From Fibrobacteria bacterium (GTDB taxonomy: Bacteria > Fibrobacterota > Fibrobacteria > UBA5070), in the NCBI GenBank assembly GCA_035352895.1, contig DAOPYN010000007.1, positions 44,656 to 108,655 on the forward strand: DNA of 64,000 nucleotides, written 5' to 3'. The position numbers were made by a program, and so were the translations under genes. Shown piece by piece: positions 27,370 to 40,517 of this stretch. Numbering within the stretch: the first letter of the stretch is position 1; every line of letters starts with the position of its first letter. Under the pieces are notes generated by a model. It was not told the origin of the DNA and searched no databases. It saw only the letters and a program-made list of their open reading frames with translations.

Positions 27370-28971
27370 TCACACGGGGGTTTCCCACGGCGCATGGGCG
27401 AGTTTCCAGACGGGGCTGTTGACCATGCGGTCGATGTCCCGGTAGAAGTTCACCGCGCCGCGGAACGCGTTGTACGGCCCTCCCATGTCGTAGTTGTGCA
27501 GCTGCTTGCACGGCACGCCCATCTTCTGGATGACGTACTTCTCCTTGATGCCCGCGCAGAACACGTCCGGCTTCCACATCTCGATGAGCTTCTCCGTCTC
27601 GTGGCTGGAGATGTCGTCGATCACCAGGGTGTCGGGATCCATCTCGGGCATCATGCCCTCGTAGTCCTTGAACTTGTAGCCCTGGGCGGCCAGCCGCTCC
27701 TCGGCTGTGGCGTCGACGCGCGGATTGAACTTCTCCGGATCCGCCTCGATGTGGAGCTCCTCGATGTTGCGGCTGTCCGCGTCCACCTTGATGGACGGGA
27801 TCACGCGACGCCCCTCGTAGTCGTCGCGGTGGGCGAACTCGTAGCCCGCCGCGAGCACCTTCATCTCCAGTTCCTTGAAGAGCTCCTGGTAGTGGTGGGC
27901 GCGCGAGCCGCCCACGAACAGCACGGCGGTCTTCCCCTTGGTGCGGGCGGCGTACTTCCTGCGCTGTTCCTCCACCCTGGCCATTTCCTCGGCGATCACG
28001 GCTTCCGTGCGCTCGATCAGTTCCTTGTCCTCGAAGTAGGCCGCCATCTTGCGCAGCGACTTCGCCGTGCCGGAGGCGGACACGAAGTTCACCTTGATCC
28101 AGGGAATGCCGTACTTCTTCTCCATCATCTCGGCGACGTAGTTGATGGAGCGGTGGCACATCACCATGTTGAGGTCGGCGGTGTGCGAATTGGCGAACTG
28201 ACCGTAGGTGGAGTTGCCGGAAAACGTCGCCACCAGCTCGAAACCGCAGCGCCTGAAAAGCTCTTCGATCTCGAAGGCGTCCCCGCCGATGTTGTATTCG
28301 CCAAGGAGGTTCACGCGGAACCTGCCGGATCCCTTGACCTGGTCGTCCAGCCCCACGATGTGCTTGAACAGCTGGTTGTTGGCGATGTGGTGCCCGGCGC
28401 TCTGCGACACGCCCTTGTAGCCCTCGCAGCTGAACCCGAACACGTTGATCCCCAGTTCGTCCTTCATTCTGCGGGCCACCGCGTGGACGTCGTCTCCGAT
28501 CAGCCCCACCGGACAGGTGGAGAAGATGGAGATCGCCTTGGGGTGGAACAGTTCGTAGGCTTCGCGCACCGCCGCGGCCAGCTTCTTCTCGCCTCCGAAG
28601 ACGATCTCGTTCTCCGAGAGGTCTGTGGAAAAGCTGTACATCATGTAGTTCTCGCTCTCCGGGGTCGGAGGCAGGGTCATGTTGCGGCGCGTGAGCCACG
28701 AGTAGAACCCGCAGCCGATGGGGCCGTGGGTGATGTTCACGATGTCGCGCGTGGGTCCCAGCACCACGCCCTTGCATCCCGCGTACGTGCAACCTCGCTG
28801 GGTGATGATTCCCGGCGCCGTGCGCGCATTCGCGAGGATCTCCGGCACAGTCCCGTCAGGAGCCACTTCGTTGACCGCGATCTGCTGGGCGCGCTTCTTC
28901 CCGAGCTTGACGGGATAGGCGGCCACCATTTCCTTGCGGACCTCCTCCGCGCTTGGTCTCTGTTCGATCAT
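27370..28971 (-). CDS. nifD: Nitrogenase MoFe protein alpha chain (533 aa, with the roughly 50-aa insertion typical of group II/anaerobe-type NifD)
   Basis: NifD signatures: HGPIGCGFYSW ... FSTCPVGLIGDD ... and C-terminal insertion region HIEADPEKFNPRVDATAEERLAAQGYKFKDYEG. RBS GGGAGGTGGAGG. Confidence 0.95.
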   Translation of the reverse strand: MIEQRPSAEEVRKEMVAAYPVKLGKKRAQQIAVNEVAPDGTVPEILANARTAPGIITQRGCTYAGCKGVVLGPTRDIVNITHGPIGCGFYSWLTRRNMTLPPTPESENYMMYSFSTDLSENEIVFGGEKKLAAAVREAYELFHPKAISIFSTCPVGLIGDDVHAVARRMKDELGINVFGFSCEGYKGVSQSAGHHIANNQLFKHIVGLDDQVKGSGRFRVNLLGEYNIGGDAFEIEELFRRCGFELVATFSGNSTYGQFANSHTADLNMVMCHRSINYVAEMMEKKYGIPWIKVNFVSASGTAKSLRKMAAYFEDKELIERTEAVIAEEMARVEEQRRKYAARTKGKTAVLFVGGSRAHHYQELFKELEMKVLAAGYEFAHRDDYEGRRVIPSIKVDADSRNIEELHIEADPEKFNPRVDATAEERLAAQGYKFKDYEGMMPEMDPDTLVIDDISSHETEKLIEMWKPDVFCAGIKEKYVIQKMGVPCKQLHNYDMGGPYNAFRGAVNFYRDIDRMVNSPVWKLAHAPWETPV

Positions 28972-29105
28972 CCTCCACCTCCCTGGGCTTGGCGTTCCAC
29001 GGACCATTCCCGATCCGCGCAGCCGATTTTCGTCGGGGCCGCCGCACCACGCGGCGGCCCCATGGCTATCCCCCACACCGGCATTCCCGTCGACGATCCG
29101 GCCGA

Positions 29106-29963
<858 letters not shown>

Positions 29964-30005
29964 TCACCCACGAACACCGCGGGCCGTTTCCTGCCCACAT
30001 CCACA

Positions 30006-30021
30006 ATCAATCATCGTGCCA
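30006..30021 (-). promoter_or_regulatory. Candidate sigma-54 promoter for nifHDK (TGGCAC-N5-TTGAT)
   Basis: Perfect -24 element, variant -12 (GA instead of GC). About 75 nt upstream of the nifH ATG. Confidence 0.4.
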
Positions 30022-30102
30022 GGTCTTTCCATCCGGAAATCGGACGAATTCCGTCGTTCAGGATCCGCCAATCTGACAAACGGCGGATCGATTTGTCCGT
30101 TT

Positions 30103-30118
30103 TGTCTGTCATTCGACA
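30103..30118. promoter_or_regulatory. NifA-type upstream activator sequence TGT-N10-ACA (TGTctgtcattcgACA) in the nifH/draT divergent region
   Basis: Lies about 85-100 bp upstream of the nifH -24 element and about 55 bp upstream of the draT-side -24 element. A second palindrome, GACAAA-N11-TTTGTC, lies at 30075-30097. Confidence 0.4.
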
Positions 30119-30171
30119 CTGCCAATCGGGATTCCCGTCGTTTGCCCCCCCGGACGGGGAGTGCGCCGGAT

Positions 30172-30187
30172 TGGCATCGGGCTTGCA
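30172..30187 (+). promoter_or_regulatory. Near-consensus sigma-54 promoter (tTGGCAT-cgggc-TTGCAa) oriented toward draT
   Basis: 12/12 match to TGGCAY-N5-TTGCA with correct spacing. About 85 nt upstream of the draT ATG. Confidence 0.5.
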
Positions 30188-30270
30188 ATCCGTCGCCATC
30201 CATTCCGTCAACCGAGAGGATCCGGACCGATGTCGACCTCGACCTGCGCGATCCCCGTGCGACTCGGCCC

Positions 30271-31068
30271 ATGGCGGGCGGTCGCCCCATGACATCCGCG
30301 ACCCACGTCTCCAGCCGCTGCAGCCTGCCTCCCTGGGTACTGGCCTCCCAGGATTACCAGGAAGACCCCTGGCCGCTGGAAATCGTCGGGACCCGCGAAT
30401 CGGAATCCAGGCTATTCAAGCTGCTGGAACGCCTGACCGACCCGTCCCAACGAGGAGTGGTGTTCCACGAATACCTCGTGGCGCGATTCCGGTTGGACCA
30501 GATTCCCCGTGCGGATTCCCCCGAGCCCGGCACTCTCCAGCACAGCTACCTCAGGTTCCTCCGGGGGTGGGGCGCGGATTCCAACGGATATTCCGGTGCG
30601 GTGCTGAAGAACTGGGTGGAGAGCCGCTTCGGGTTGCGCCCCACCTACCATGCCGGAATCCTCTCGACCAACGAGGCTGCCCGAGCCAAGTACCTGCGCG
30701 ACCGCATGCGGGGGGAAGCGGAGACCATGGGCCTGGGAATGCAGCTGGACCTCCTGTACACGTTCTGCCAGTACGAGCTCGTCCGGCGCCATCCCGTGGA
30801 ACGCTGGCTCACATTGTATCGCGGAACCCACGACCCTGAGGAATACACGCTGGACGCCCCCAAGGGCCACGTGGTGCTCAACAACCTGAGCTCCTTCACC
30901 TCCGACCGCGAGATCGCCTGGGAGTTCGGTTCGTCGGTGTGGCGGGTCAGGGTGCCCATCCCCAAGATCGTGTTCTTCAGCGGACTTCTGCCCCGCAGCA
31001 TCCTGGAAGGCGAGAAGGAATACCTGGTGCTGGGCGGCCGCTACAAGGTGGAGACTCTCCGATGGTGA
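30271..31068 (+). CDS. draT: Probable dinitrogenase reductase ADP-ribosyltransferase (DraT), about 265 aa
   Basis: Assignment mainly by context. The gene is divergent from nifH, and its stop overlaps the start of an ADP-ribosylglycohydrolase-family gene (draG), the classic draTG arrangement. Size fits DraT. No sequence motif was confirmed by eye. Confidence 0.6.
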   Translation: MAGGRPMTSATHVSSRCSLPPWVLASQDYQEDPWPLEIVGTRESESRLFKLLERLTDPSQRGVVFHEYLVARFRLDQIPRADSPEPGTLQHSYLRFLRGWGADSNGYSGAVLKNWVESRFGLRPTYHAGILSTNEAARAKYLRDRMRGEAETMGLGMQLDLLYTFCQYELVRRHPVERWLTLYRGTHDPEEYTLDAPKGHVVLNNLSSFTSDREIAWEFGSSVWRVRVPIPKIVFFSGLLPRSILEGEKEYLVLGGRYKVETLRW

Positions 31069-32045
31069 TCGTGCGACCTCCTTCGCGCCCGGAGCGGATC
31101 GCGGGCGGTCTATGGGGATTGCTCGTGGGCGATGCCGTGGGAGTCCCGTACGAGTTCGCCCCCAAGCAGAGGATTCCCGCCCTCGCCAAGATCGACATGG
31201 ATCCCCCGGTGGAATTCCTGCGCTCGCACATGGGGATCAAGCCCGGCACCTGGAGCGACGACGGCGCGCAGGCCCTGTGCCTGGCCGCTTCCCTGACCGA
31301 ACACGGGCGGTTGGACCTCCACGACCTGATGGACCGCATGGCCCGGTGGTTCCGCGACGGCTACCTCGCGGTGGGCCGCGACGTCTTCGACGTGGGACTG
31401 CAGACCCGCCAATCGCTGGGACGATTCTTGTCCGGAAAGCCTGTGGACCAGACCGCCGCCAGCGGAGAGTGGAGCAACGGCAACGGATCGCTGATGCGTT
31501 CCCTCCCGTTGGCCATCTGGCATCGGGGCGGCCGCGAGGAACTGGCCCGGGACGCCTTCGCGCAGTCCGGCGTCACCCATGGCCACCTGCGCAGCGGCAT
31601 CTGCTGCGCCCTGTACTGCCTCTGGGCGAAGAACGTCCTGGAAGGCGGGCTCCATCCGTGGCACGCGGCCATCGAACAGTTCGAGTCGTTCTATCCCGAC
31701 GGCACCCCCGAGCGCAAGGAATACGAAAGCCAGATCCATCCGCGCGATCCCGATCCCCCCAAGGGGACGGGCTACGTGGTGGACTCCCTGCATTCGGCCG
31801 TGTGGGCCACCCAGGCAGGCAGCTACGAGGCCGTGGTCAAGGCGGCCATCTCGCTTGGCCAGGACACCGACACCACCGCCTGCATCGCCGGCGGAATCGC
31901 GGGACTGCGCGACGGAATCCACGCCATCCCCCACCGCTGGATGAAGCTAATGCGGGGGAAGGAACTGGTGCTGCCCATCCTGGATGCCCTTCTTGCCCAC
32001 GACCGCGCCCAACGCGAGACTCCAAGGAACCAAACGGGAGACTGA
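31062..32045 (+). CDS. draG: ADP-ribosyl-[dinitrogen reductase] glycohydrolase (DraG, ADP-ribosylglycohydrolase family)
   Basis: Family motifs GDAVGVPYEF, GTWSDDG, GQDTDTTACIAGGIAG. Translationally coupled to the upstream gene (ATGGTGA). Confidence 0.75.
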   Translation: MVIVRPPSRPERIAGGLWGLLVGDAVGVPYEFAPKQRIPALAKIDMDPPVEFLRSHMGIKPGTWSDDGAQALCLAASLTEHGRLDLHDLMDRMARWFRDGYLAVGRDVFDVGLQTRQSLGRFLSGKPVDQTAASGEWSNGNGSLMRSLPLAIWHRGGREELARDAFAQSGVTHGHLRSGICCALYCLWAKNVLEGGLHPWHAAIEQFESFYPDGTPERKEYESQIHPRDPDPPKGTGYVVDSLHSAVWATQAGSYEAVVKAAISLGQDTDTTACIAGGIAGLRDGIHAIPHRWMKLMRGKELVLPILDALLAHDRAQRETPRNQTGD

Positions 32046-32049
32046 ACCG

Positions 32050-32298
32050 ATGCCCATCCAACACGCGATCCATTTCCTGCGCGACCTCGACGACCTGGAA
32101 AGCCTGCGCCAGAAGCTCTACGAGTGCTCGGGCCGGGAGGAACTGTTCTCGGAGCTTTCCAGGGCCGGATACCAATTCACGGGCGGCGAATTCGAGGAGG
32201 CGGTGGACCATCTCCACGTGGCCTGCCAATCGTACGCGGAAGCCGACCGCCTGATGGGAAAGGCCAATTGGTTCCGGATGGTATCGGCGAACGCGTGA
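32050..32298 (+). CDS. Nif11-family nitrogen-fixation-associated small protein (82 aa)
   Basis: AIHFLRDLDDLESLRQKLYECSGREELFSELSRAGYQFTGGEFEE matches the Nif11 domain pattern (FL..v..D..L...L......ee...lA.eaG..ft.eE). Confidence 0.65.
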   Translation: MPIQHAIHFLRDLDDLESLRQKLYECSGREELFSELSRAGYQFTGGEFEEAVDHLHVACQSYAEADRLMGKANWFRMVSANA

Positions 32299-32313
32299 AC
32301 GCCCCGGGAGACC

Positions 32314-32796
32314 TCAGAGTTTCTTCTGCAGGAACAGGGCGTGGCCCGTGGCTGGATCCAGTTCGTACCCGGCGAACCCGGCGCTCCGATACACGGAAAG
32401 GGCGCGATGGTTCCCGGAAAGCACCTCCAGCGTCACCTTGCAGCAACCGCGGGCGCGAGCCTCGGCGAACAGACGCTCCATCAGCGCCCGGGCCACTCCC
32501 CGCCCCCGATGTCCGGGGGCGACGGCGAAGTCGTGGAGATTCAGGAGAGGCGCCCCCGCGAAGGTGGAATACCCCTCGAAGCACACGGCGACTCCGGCCG
32601 CATCCCCATCCACACGTGCCAGAAGGACCAAGCAGTGGGCCAAGCCGGACAGGTCCCGTGCGAGCCGTCCCTTCACGTCCGGCTCCAGCGCTCTCCCGCC
32701 CCCCATCGAATCGCGGGCGTAGGTGTCCAGGAGCGCAACAAGATCCGTCGCATCCTGGGGCTGGGAAAGATCGGCGATGCGGATGTCCATCGCCAA
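32314..32796 (-). CDS. GNAT family N-acetyltransferase
   Basis: Acetyl-CoA binding motif region HRGRGVARALMERL and GNAT fold length (160 aa). Confidence 0.8.
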   Translation of the reverse strand: MAMDIRIADLSQPQDATDLVALLDTYARDSMGGGRALEPDVKGRLARDLSGLAHCLVLLARVDGDAAGVAVCFEGYSTFAGAPLLNLHDFAVAPGHRGRGVARALMERLFAEARARGCCKVTLEVLSGNHRALSVYRSAGFAGYELDPATGHALFLQKKL

Positions 32797-32828
32797 AACC
32801 TAGCCATCGAGGTCTTCCGCGGAGTTCC

Positions 32829-35123
32829 TCACCAGGTCAGGCCATGCCCGATCGGATAGAGGGGGTCGTAGTTGGCATCCCCCACGTTGATGGGGATCTG
32901 GGCCATGCTGCGCGGCCAGGAACAGGGAAGCTTCCCGGTGGGAGCCGCGTTCCCGAACAGGACGTCGGCCACACCGGCACCTTCCGATCCAGGTAGCCAG
33001 GTCATGACGATGGCATCGGCGAGGGTCGCCAGTTCTCCCAGGATCTGGGGACGTCCCGCGATCAACACCAGCACCACCTTGGCTCCGGCGGTCTTCGCGG
33101 CCTTCGCGGTGGACACCACCGAAGGGTCCACAGCCAGCTCCAGGGTATCGCCACCCACCTCGGCGTAGGGAAGCTCGTGGGCGAACACCAGGGCGATGTC
33201 TCCGTTGGCGGCCGTGCCCTTCTTCACCACGCTTCCCGCCACCGACTGCAGACCTTGGTAGATGGTCGTCGCCCCGGGAACCGCCCCGGCCCGGCCCATC
33301 CACCCCAGGGTCCAGCCACCGCATTGGATGCCCGCATCGTCGGCACCGGCTCCACTGACCACGATGTTCTTCCCGGACTTGGGAAGAGGCAGGATCCCGG
33401 ACTCGTTCTTCAACACCACCAGGGACTTGCGGACCGCCTCGCGGGTGATCGCGCGATGCGCCGTCCCGCCCAGCTGTCCATCCCAGGTCCGTCGGCGCAC
33501 CGGCGAATCCATCCGCCCCGAACGGAACTTCACGCGCAGGATGCGTCGGACCGCGTCGTCGATCCGCGATTGGGGGATCCTCCCGGATCCCACCAAGGTC
33601 TTCAGAGCCGCGGGAAAGGTCTTTTCCTTGCGCGGCTCCATGCCCATGTCCACCCCCGCGTTGATCGCGGAGGCCACCTGGTCCTCATATTCCCCATCCA
33701 ATTGTTCGATGGCGAGCCAATCGGAGACCACGAAGCCGTCGAAACCCAGGTCGGTCTTCAACGTGTCGGTCAGAAGCGCCTTGTGGGCGTGCATCCGCGT
33801 CCCATGGAACAGGCTGTAGGAGGCCATCACGGTCTGGACACCCGCGTCCACCGCCGCGACGTATCCGGGCAGATGGATGGAATCGAGCTCCGCTTGGGAC
33901 ACCGTGACGTTCCCTTGGTCCAGGATGGCGCCCTTCTGGGTGCTGGAGTTGAGGGCCGTCCCGCCATCCCCCAGATAATGCTTGGCGCAAGCGATCACCG
34001 CGAAAGCGGAATCGAACGATCCTCCCTGCAGCCCGCGGATGTAGGCGGATCCGAAATCCGCCGCCAGTTGGGGAGTCTCGCCGTAGCCTTCGTAGGTGCG
34101 TCCCCAGCGTTCGTCGCGAGCGACCGCGATGCAGGGAGCGAAGGCCCAATCGCACTGTCCGGCCCACATCTCCCGGGCGGTCATCTCGCCCAGACGACGC
34201 ACCAGAGCGGTATCACCGGTGGCGCCCAACCCGATGTTGTGGGGATGCACCACCGCGCCTTCCAGCTTGGCATGGCCATGGACGGCGTCGATCCCGTAGA
34301 GGACGGGGATCTTCGCCGACGCGCGCAGGGCATCCGCCTGTAGGTCGTCGAAGGTGGAGATCGCCTCCCCTCCCCCGCCAAGGACGGACCCCAGCCGGTT
34401 GGCCGAGATGATGGTCCCCTTGTAGGCACCGCTGACCAGGCCCTGGGTCATCTGGCCCACCTTGTCGTCCAAGGTCATGAGGGCCATCATCGAATCGATC
34501 CGTCCTTCCACCGGATCCGCCTCCAGGATCACGGTCACGTTGGAGTCCGCATCGGAAAGGGCCACGGCACGGGAAACGAACCCCGTCCTGCGGACCCGGA
34601 TTTGACGGGAAATGCCACCATTCTCCCTTGCGGAGACGGCGGAGACCGTCTTGCGCAGGCGTATCCGCTCCCGCTCGGATCCATCGGCGAGAACGAGCGA
34701 ACGAAGCGCCCCGGCGTTTCCCGACAGCTCCACCACCCAGACCCCGGACGGCAAACCGGACACCGCCGATCGCGGGCGTTCCAAGGTCCAGGTCCCCTCA
34801 CCGGCGACCAGCCGCTCCTCGCGCACGATCCGTCCACCGGGATCCAGCACACGAAGCCGCAGACGTTCGCCGCCATGCGACCTCAGGCCGGATCCGAAGC
34901 TCCCATGCCGCGAGTGGATGGACGAAATCTGGTCGGATTCCAACCGGAAGCGCCCCTGGTCGTCGGTCAAGGTCCTCGGTGCCTTGATGTTCGCCTCCCC
35001 GTAGGCGACCACGGCGCGGGAGACCGGCGCTCCGACAGCATCCACAACGGTCCCCCTGAGAACACCCGCCTGCACCCCGGTCAGCAGACCGCAACCGACC
35101 AAACAGCTAGAGATCCACCGCAT
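32829..35123 (-). CDS. Glycoside hydrolase family 3 (beta-glucosidase/BglX-like) lipoprotein with an N-terminal carboxypeptidase-regulatory-like domain
   Basis: GH3 motifs: ... GFDGFVVSDWLAIE ... with a two-domain GH3 layout. Lipobox LVGCG. The start was chosen 6 nt after GGAGGA. Confidence 0.85.
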   Translation of the reverse strand: MRWISSCLVGCGLLTGVQAGVLRGTVVDAVGAPVSRAVVAYGEANIKAPRTLTDDQGRFRLESDQISSIHSRHGSFGSGLRSHGGERLRLRVLDPGGRIVREERLVAGEGTWTLERPRSAVSGLPSGVWVVELSGNAGALRSLVLADGSERERIRLRKTVSAVSARENGGISRQIRVRRTGFVSRAVALSDADSNVTVILEADPVEGRIDSMMALMTLDDKVGQMTQGLVSGAYKGTIISANRLGSVLGGGGEAISTFDDLQADALRASAKIPVLYGIDAVHGHAKLEGAVVHPHNIGLGATGDTALVRRLGEMTAREMWAGQCDWAFAPCIAVARDERWGRTYEGYGETPQLAADFGSAYIRGLQGGSFDSAFAVIACAKHYLGDGGTALNSSTQKGAILDQGNVTVSQAELDSIHLPGYVAAVDAGVQTVMASYSLFHGTRMHAHKALLTDTLKTDLGFDGFVVSDWLAIEQLDGEYEDQVASAINAGVDMGMEPRKEKTFPAALKTLVGSGRIPQSRIDDAVRRILRVKFRSGRMDSPVRRRTWDGQLGGTAHRAITREAVRKSLVVLKNESGILPLPKSGKNIVVSGAGADDAGIQCGGWTLGWMGRAGAVPGATTIYQGLQSVAGSVVKKGTAANGDIALVFAHELPYAEVGGDTLELAVDPSVVSTAKAAKTAGAKVVLVLIAGRPQILGELATLADAIVMTWLPGSEGAGVADVLFGNAAPTGKLPCSWPRSMAQIPINVGDANYDPLYPIGHGLTW

Positions 35124-35427
35124 GTCCATTCCTCCGCTGGCACAAAATATCAGAACTGAACCGATTCATGGCTCCGCAAATCCGCGGGTTCCCCGAGTTT
35201 TCCCCTGTCTCCCGCCCGTTGCGGGATGGAAACGGAGATCGCCACTCGCCTCACCCCATCCGCCAACCTACGCCCCGCGCCGTTGCCGGGAGTGCGAAAT
35301 CGCGTCGAATCTCGAGCACAAGGTCTGCGATTCGGCGATTCCCGATCACTTTATCTGATTGCCCGATCGGGGATTTCGGCCTAGTTTTGTGCCCAGGGCT
35401 GTGTGAAACCAACGAACCGGAGGATCC

Positions 35428-36456
<1,029 letters not shown>

Positions 36457-36478
36457 ACGAGAAGAAAGGGATCGCCCC

Positions 36479-37641
<1,163 letters not shown>

Positions 37642-37645
<4 letters not shown>

Positions 37646-38511
37646 GCATCTTCGTCGACAAGAACACCAAGGTCGTGGTCATCGGTCTCACCGGCAAGGC
37701 GGGATCCTTCCACGCGGCGCAGTGCAAGGCCTACGGCACCAAGATCGTCGCCGGCGTCACTCCGGGCAAGGGCGGCGTCATCCACGACGGCATCCCCGTC
37801 TTCAACACCGTCCACGAAGCCGTCAAGGAAACCGGCGCCGACTGCGCATTGATCTTCGTGCCGCCCCCGGGCGCCGCCGATGCCATCGTGGGCTCCGCCG
37901 ACGCCGGCATTCCCTTCATCGTGGCCATCACCGAGGGCATCCCGGTCCTGGACATGGTGTGGGCACGCAAGGAAGTCGACCGCATGGGCGCCACCCTGCT
38001 TGGACCCAACTGCCCCGGCATCGTGACTCCCGGCGAGTGCAAGATCGGCATCGCCCCCGGATTCATCCACAAGCGCGGCAAGGTGGGCATCGTGTCCCGC
38101 TCCGGCACGCTCACCTACGAGGCGGTCTACCAGACCACCCAGCTCGGCCTGGGCCAGTCCTCCGCGGTGGGCATCGGCGGCGACCCGGTCCATGGCCTGA
38201 ACCACGTGGACGTGCTCAAGCGGTTCAACGCCGACCCCGAGACCGAGGGCATCGTGCTCATCGGCGAGATCGGCGGACCCGACGAGCAGAACGCCGCCAA
38301 GTACATCAAGGAACACGTGAAGAAGCCCGTGGTGGCCTTCATCGCCGGTGCGGCCGCCCCCAAGGGCAAGCGCATGGGCCATGCGGGCGCCATCGTGGAA
38401 GGCAAGAGCGGTACCGCCCAGGCGAAGAAGGAGGCTCTCAAGGCCGCCGGCGCCCTGGTCGCCGAGACCGCCGCCGACATCGGGCCCCTGATGAAGAAGG
38501 CCCTGGGCTGA
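37642..38511 (+). CDS. sucD: Succinyl-CoA synthetase alpha subunit
   Basis: SRSGTLTYE ... GHAGAI (phosphohistidine) motifs. The start overlaps the sucC stop (ATGA). Confidence 0.9.
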
Positions 38512-38546
38512 TCGCGAAGCGAACCTTCGCATCGAATCGGAACCAT

Positions 38547-38586
38547 GCGCCCCTGGCCTGCGAACGCGGACCAGGGGCGTTTTTGT
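38547..38586 (+). terminator. Rho-independent terminator of sucCD
   Basis: GCGCCCCTGG-N14-CCAGGGGCG stem, followed by TTTTTG. Confidence 0.7.
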
Positions 38587-38632
38587 TCCTGTCGATTCCC
38601 GACTTCCAACCCGAGGCGGAAGCCCGGAGCGC

Positions 38633-40336
38633 CTAGCCCTCCTTCGGCACGAAGCGCTCGACCACATGGAGGGTGAGCGATTTCGCGAGCTCCTCCTTGT
38701 CGTAGAAGACGGACCCGATCGCTTCCCGATGCAGGAGATCGGCTTCGTCTTCGCTTCCCGCCCGGAGGACGATTTCGATGTCGGGATTCAGTGTCCGGGC
38801 CGTGTCGGCCATCGTGCGCACATCCACAGGATCGGATGTGGCCACCACCAGCATGGCCGCGTTGGCGATGTGAGCCTGGATCAATACGCCAGGATCCGTC
38901 GCATCCCCCCAGACCGCCGCCTTGCCTCGACGGCGCAGATCGTCGACCAGCTCCCGGTTTTGATCGGCCACCACCCAGGCGACGCCGCGCGAGTCCAAGC
39001 CTTCCGCGAGCCTCCGCCCCAGGCGTCCATAACCCACGATCACGACCTGCCCCTGCAGATAGCGACTTTCCGTGCTCGCCGGCAGCATCGCCGTGGGATC
39101 GATCCTCGAATCGAATTCGCGAGCCAATTGCGACCGACCCAACAGCCATTTGCGCAACGGGGTCACGAGCAGGAACAGGAAGGGATTCAGGGCCATCGAT
39201 ATCAGCGATCCGGCCACGACCAAGCTCATTCCTTCCTGGGGCAGCAACGACAGGGAGACACCCAAGGCCGCCAAAATGAACGAGAATTCGCCGATCTGCG
39301 CCAGACTGGCCGCCACCGTCAACGCCGTGTTCAACGGGTACTTGAACGAAAGGACCAATCCGAACGCCGCGATGGTCTTGCCCACCACCACGATGAGCAC
39401 CACCACCAGGACCTTCCATGGTTCGTCGATGAGGATGGCCGGATCGAACAACATGCCCACCGCAACGAAGAACAGCACGGAGAACGCGTCGCGCAACGGA
39501 AGCGATTCCTCCGCGGCACGATGGCTGAATTCCGACTCGCGCATCATCATGCCGGCGAAGAATGCCCCGAGGGCGAAGGAAACGTTGAACAGGACCGAAG
39601 CGCCGTAGGCGATCCCGATCGCGGCGGCGACCACGGTGAGCGTGAACAATTCGCGCGACCCCGTCTTGGCCACCTTCCAGAGGATCCAAGGCAGGAACTT
39701 GCGACCGAACACGATCATGATCGCGACGAAGGCGGCCACCTGGAGCAGCGTTCGCCCGACCACCAGCCAAACCGACCCTTGGTTACCGGAGGCTTCGGCG
39801 ACACCGCCACCAAGAAGACCTGCCAGGGGTGGCATCAGGACCAGAACCAGGACGCAAGCGAGATCCTCGACAACCAGCCAACCCACGGCGATCTTGCCGT
39901 TCATGGTGTCCAGGAGGTTGCGCGCCTCCAGCGCCTTGAGGAGCACCACCGTACTCGCGCACGACAAGCTGAGCCCGAAGATCAGCCCCGTGCCCAGGTT
40001 CCAGTCCCACAGCCAGGAAGCGAGCATCCCAAGGAGTGTCGCACAGCCCATCTGGACGATCGCACCAGGCAAGGCGATGCGCTTGACCGCCATCAAATCG
40101 GCCAGGGAAAAGTGCAGTCCCACTCCGAACATCAGGAGCATGACGCCCACTTCGGACAGTTCGGAGGCGATGGACTGGTCTGCGACGAATCCGGGTGTGG
40201 CGGGACCGATCAGGATTCCCGCCACCAGATACCCGACGAGGGCGGGAAGCCTGACCCGCACCGCCAGGAACCCCAGCACCAAGGCGATGCCGAAACCCGC
40301 GGCCAACGTGGTGATCAGTGGAATGTTGTGCTGCAT
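38633..40336 (-). CDS. CPA2-family monovalent cation:proton antiporter (KefB/YbaL-like) with C-terminal RCK/TrkA-N domain
   Basis: Twelve to thirteen TM-segment Na_H_exchanger domain plus VVIVGYGRLGRRLAEGL Rossmann (RCK) motif. Confidence 0.85.
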   Translation of the reverse strand: MQHNIPLITTLAAGFGIALVLGFLAVRVRLPALVGYLVAGILIGPATPGFVADQSIASELSEVGVMLLMFGVGLHFSLADLMAVKRIALPGAIVQMGCATLLGMLASWLWDWNLGTGLIFGLSLSCASTVVLLKALEARNLLDTMNGKIAVGWLVVEDLACVLVLVLMPPLAGLLGGGVAEASGNQGSVWLVVGRTLLQVAAFVAIMIVFGRKFLPWILWKVAKTGSRELFTLTVVAAAIGIAYGASVLFNVSFALGAFFAGMMMRESEFSHRAAEESLPLRDAFSVLFFVAVGMLFDPAILIDEPWKVLVVVLIVVVGKTIAAFGLVLSFKYPLNTALTVAASLAQIGEFSFILAALGVSLSLLPQEGMSLVVAGSLISMALNPFLFLLVTPLRKWLLGRSQLAREFDSRIDPTAMLPASTESRYLQGQVVIVGYGRLGRRLAEGLDSRGVAWVVADQNRELVDDLRRRGKAAVWGDATDPGVLIQAHIANAAMLVVATSDPVDVRTMADTARTLNPDIEIVLRAGSEDEADLLHREAIGSVFYDKEELAKSLTLHVVERFVPKEG

Positions 40337-40517
40337 GCTCTTCCCGCTCCGATGGGTTGGTTGTCCTCTGTTACTTCAATACACTATGGCAGCGTTTTGT
40401 TCAACCTCCAACCAGCCGCGACAGGGGGCGAATTCTCTGCTCTGGTATTATCGCGGATGCTATCGTTTTTTCCTTGCGCCCCTATCGCGCCCGATCCCTC
40501 TCGAGCGGAGCCCTTCG

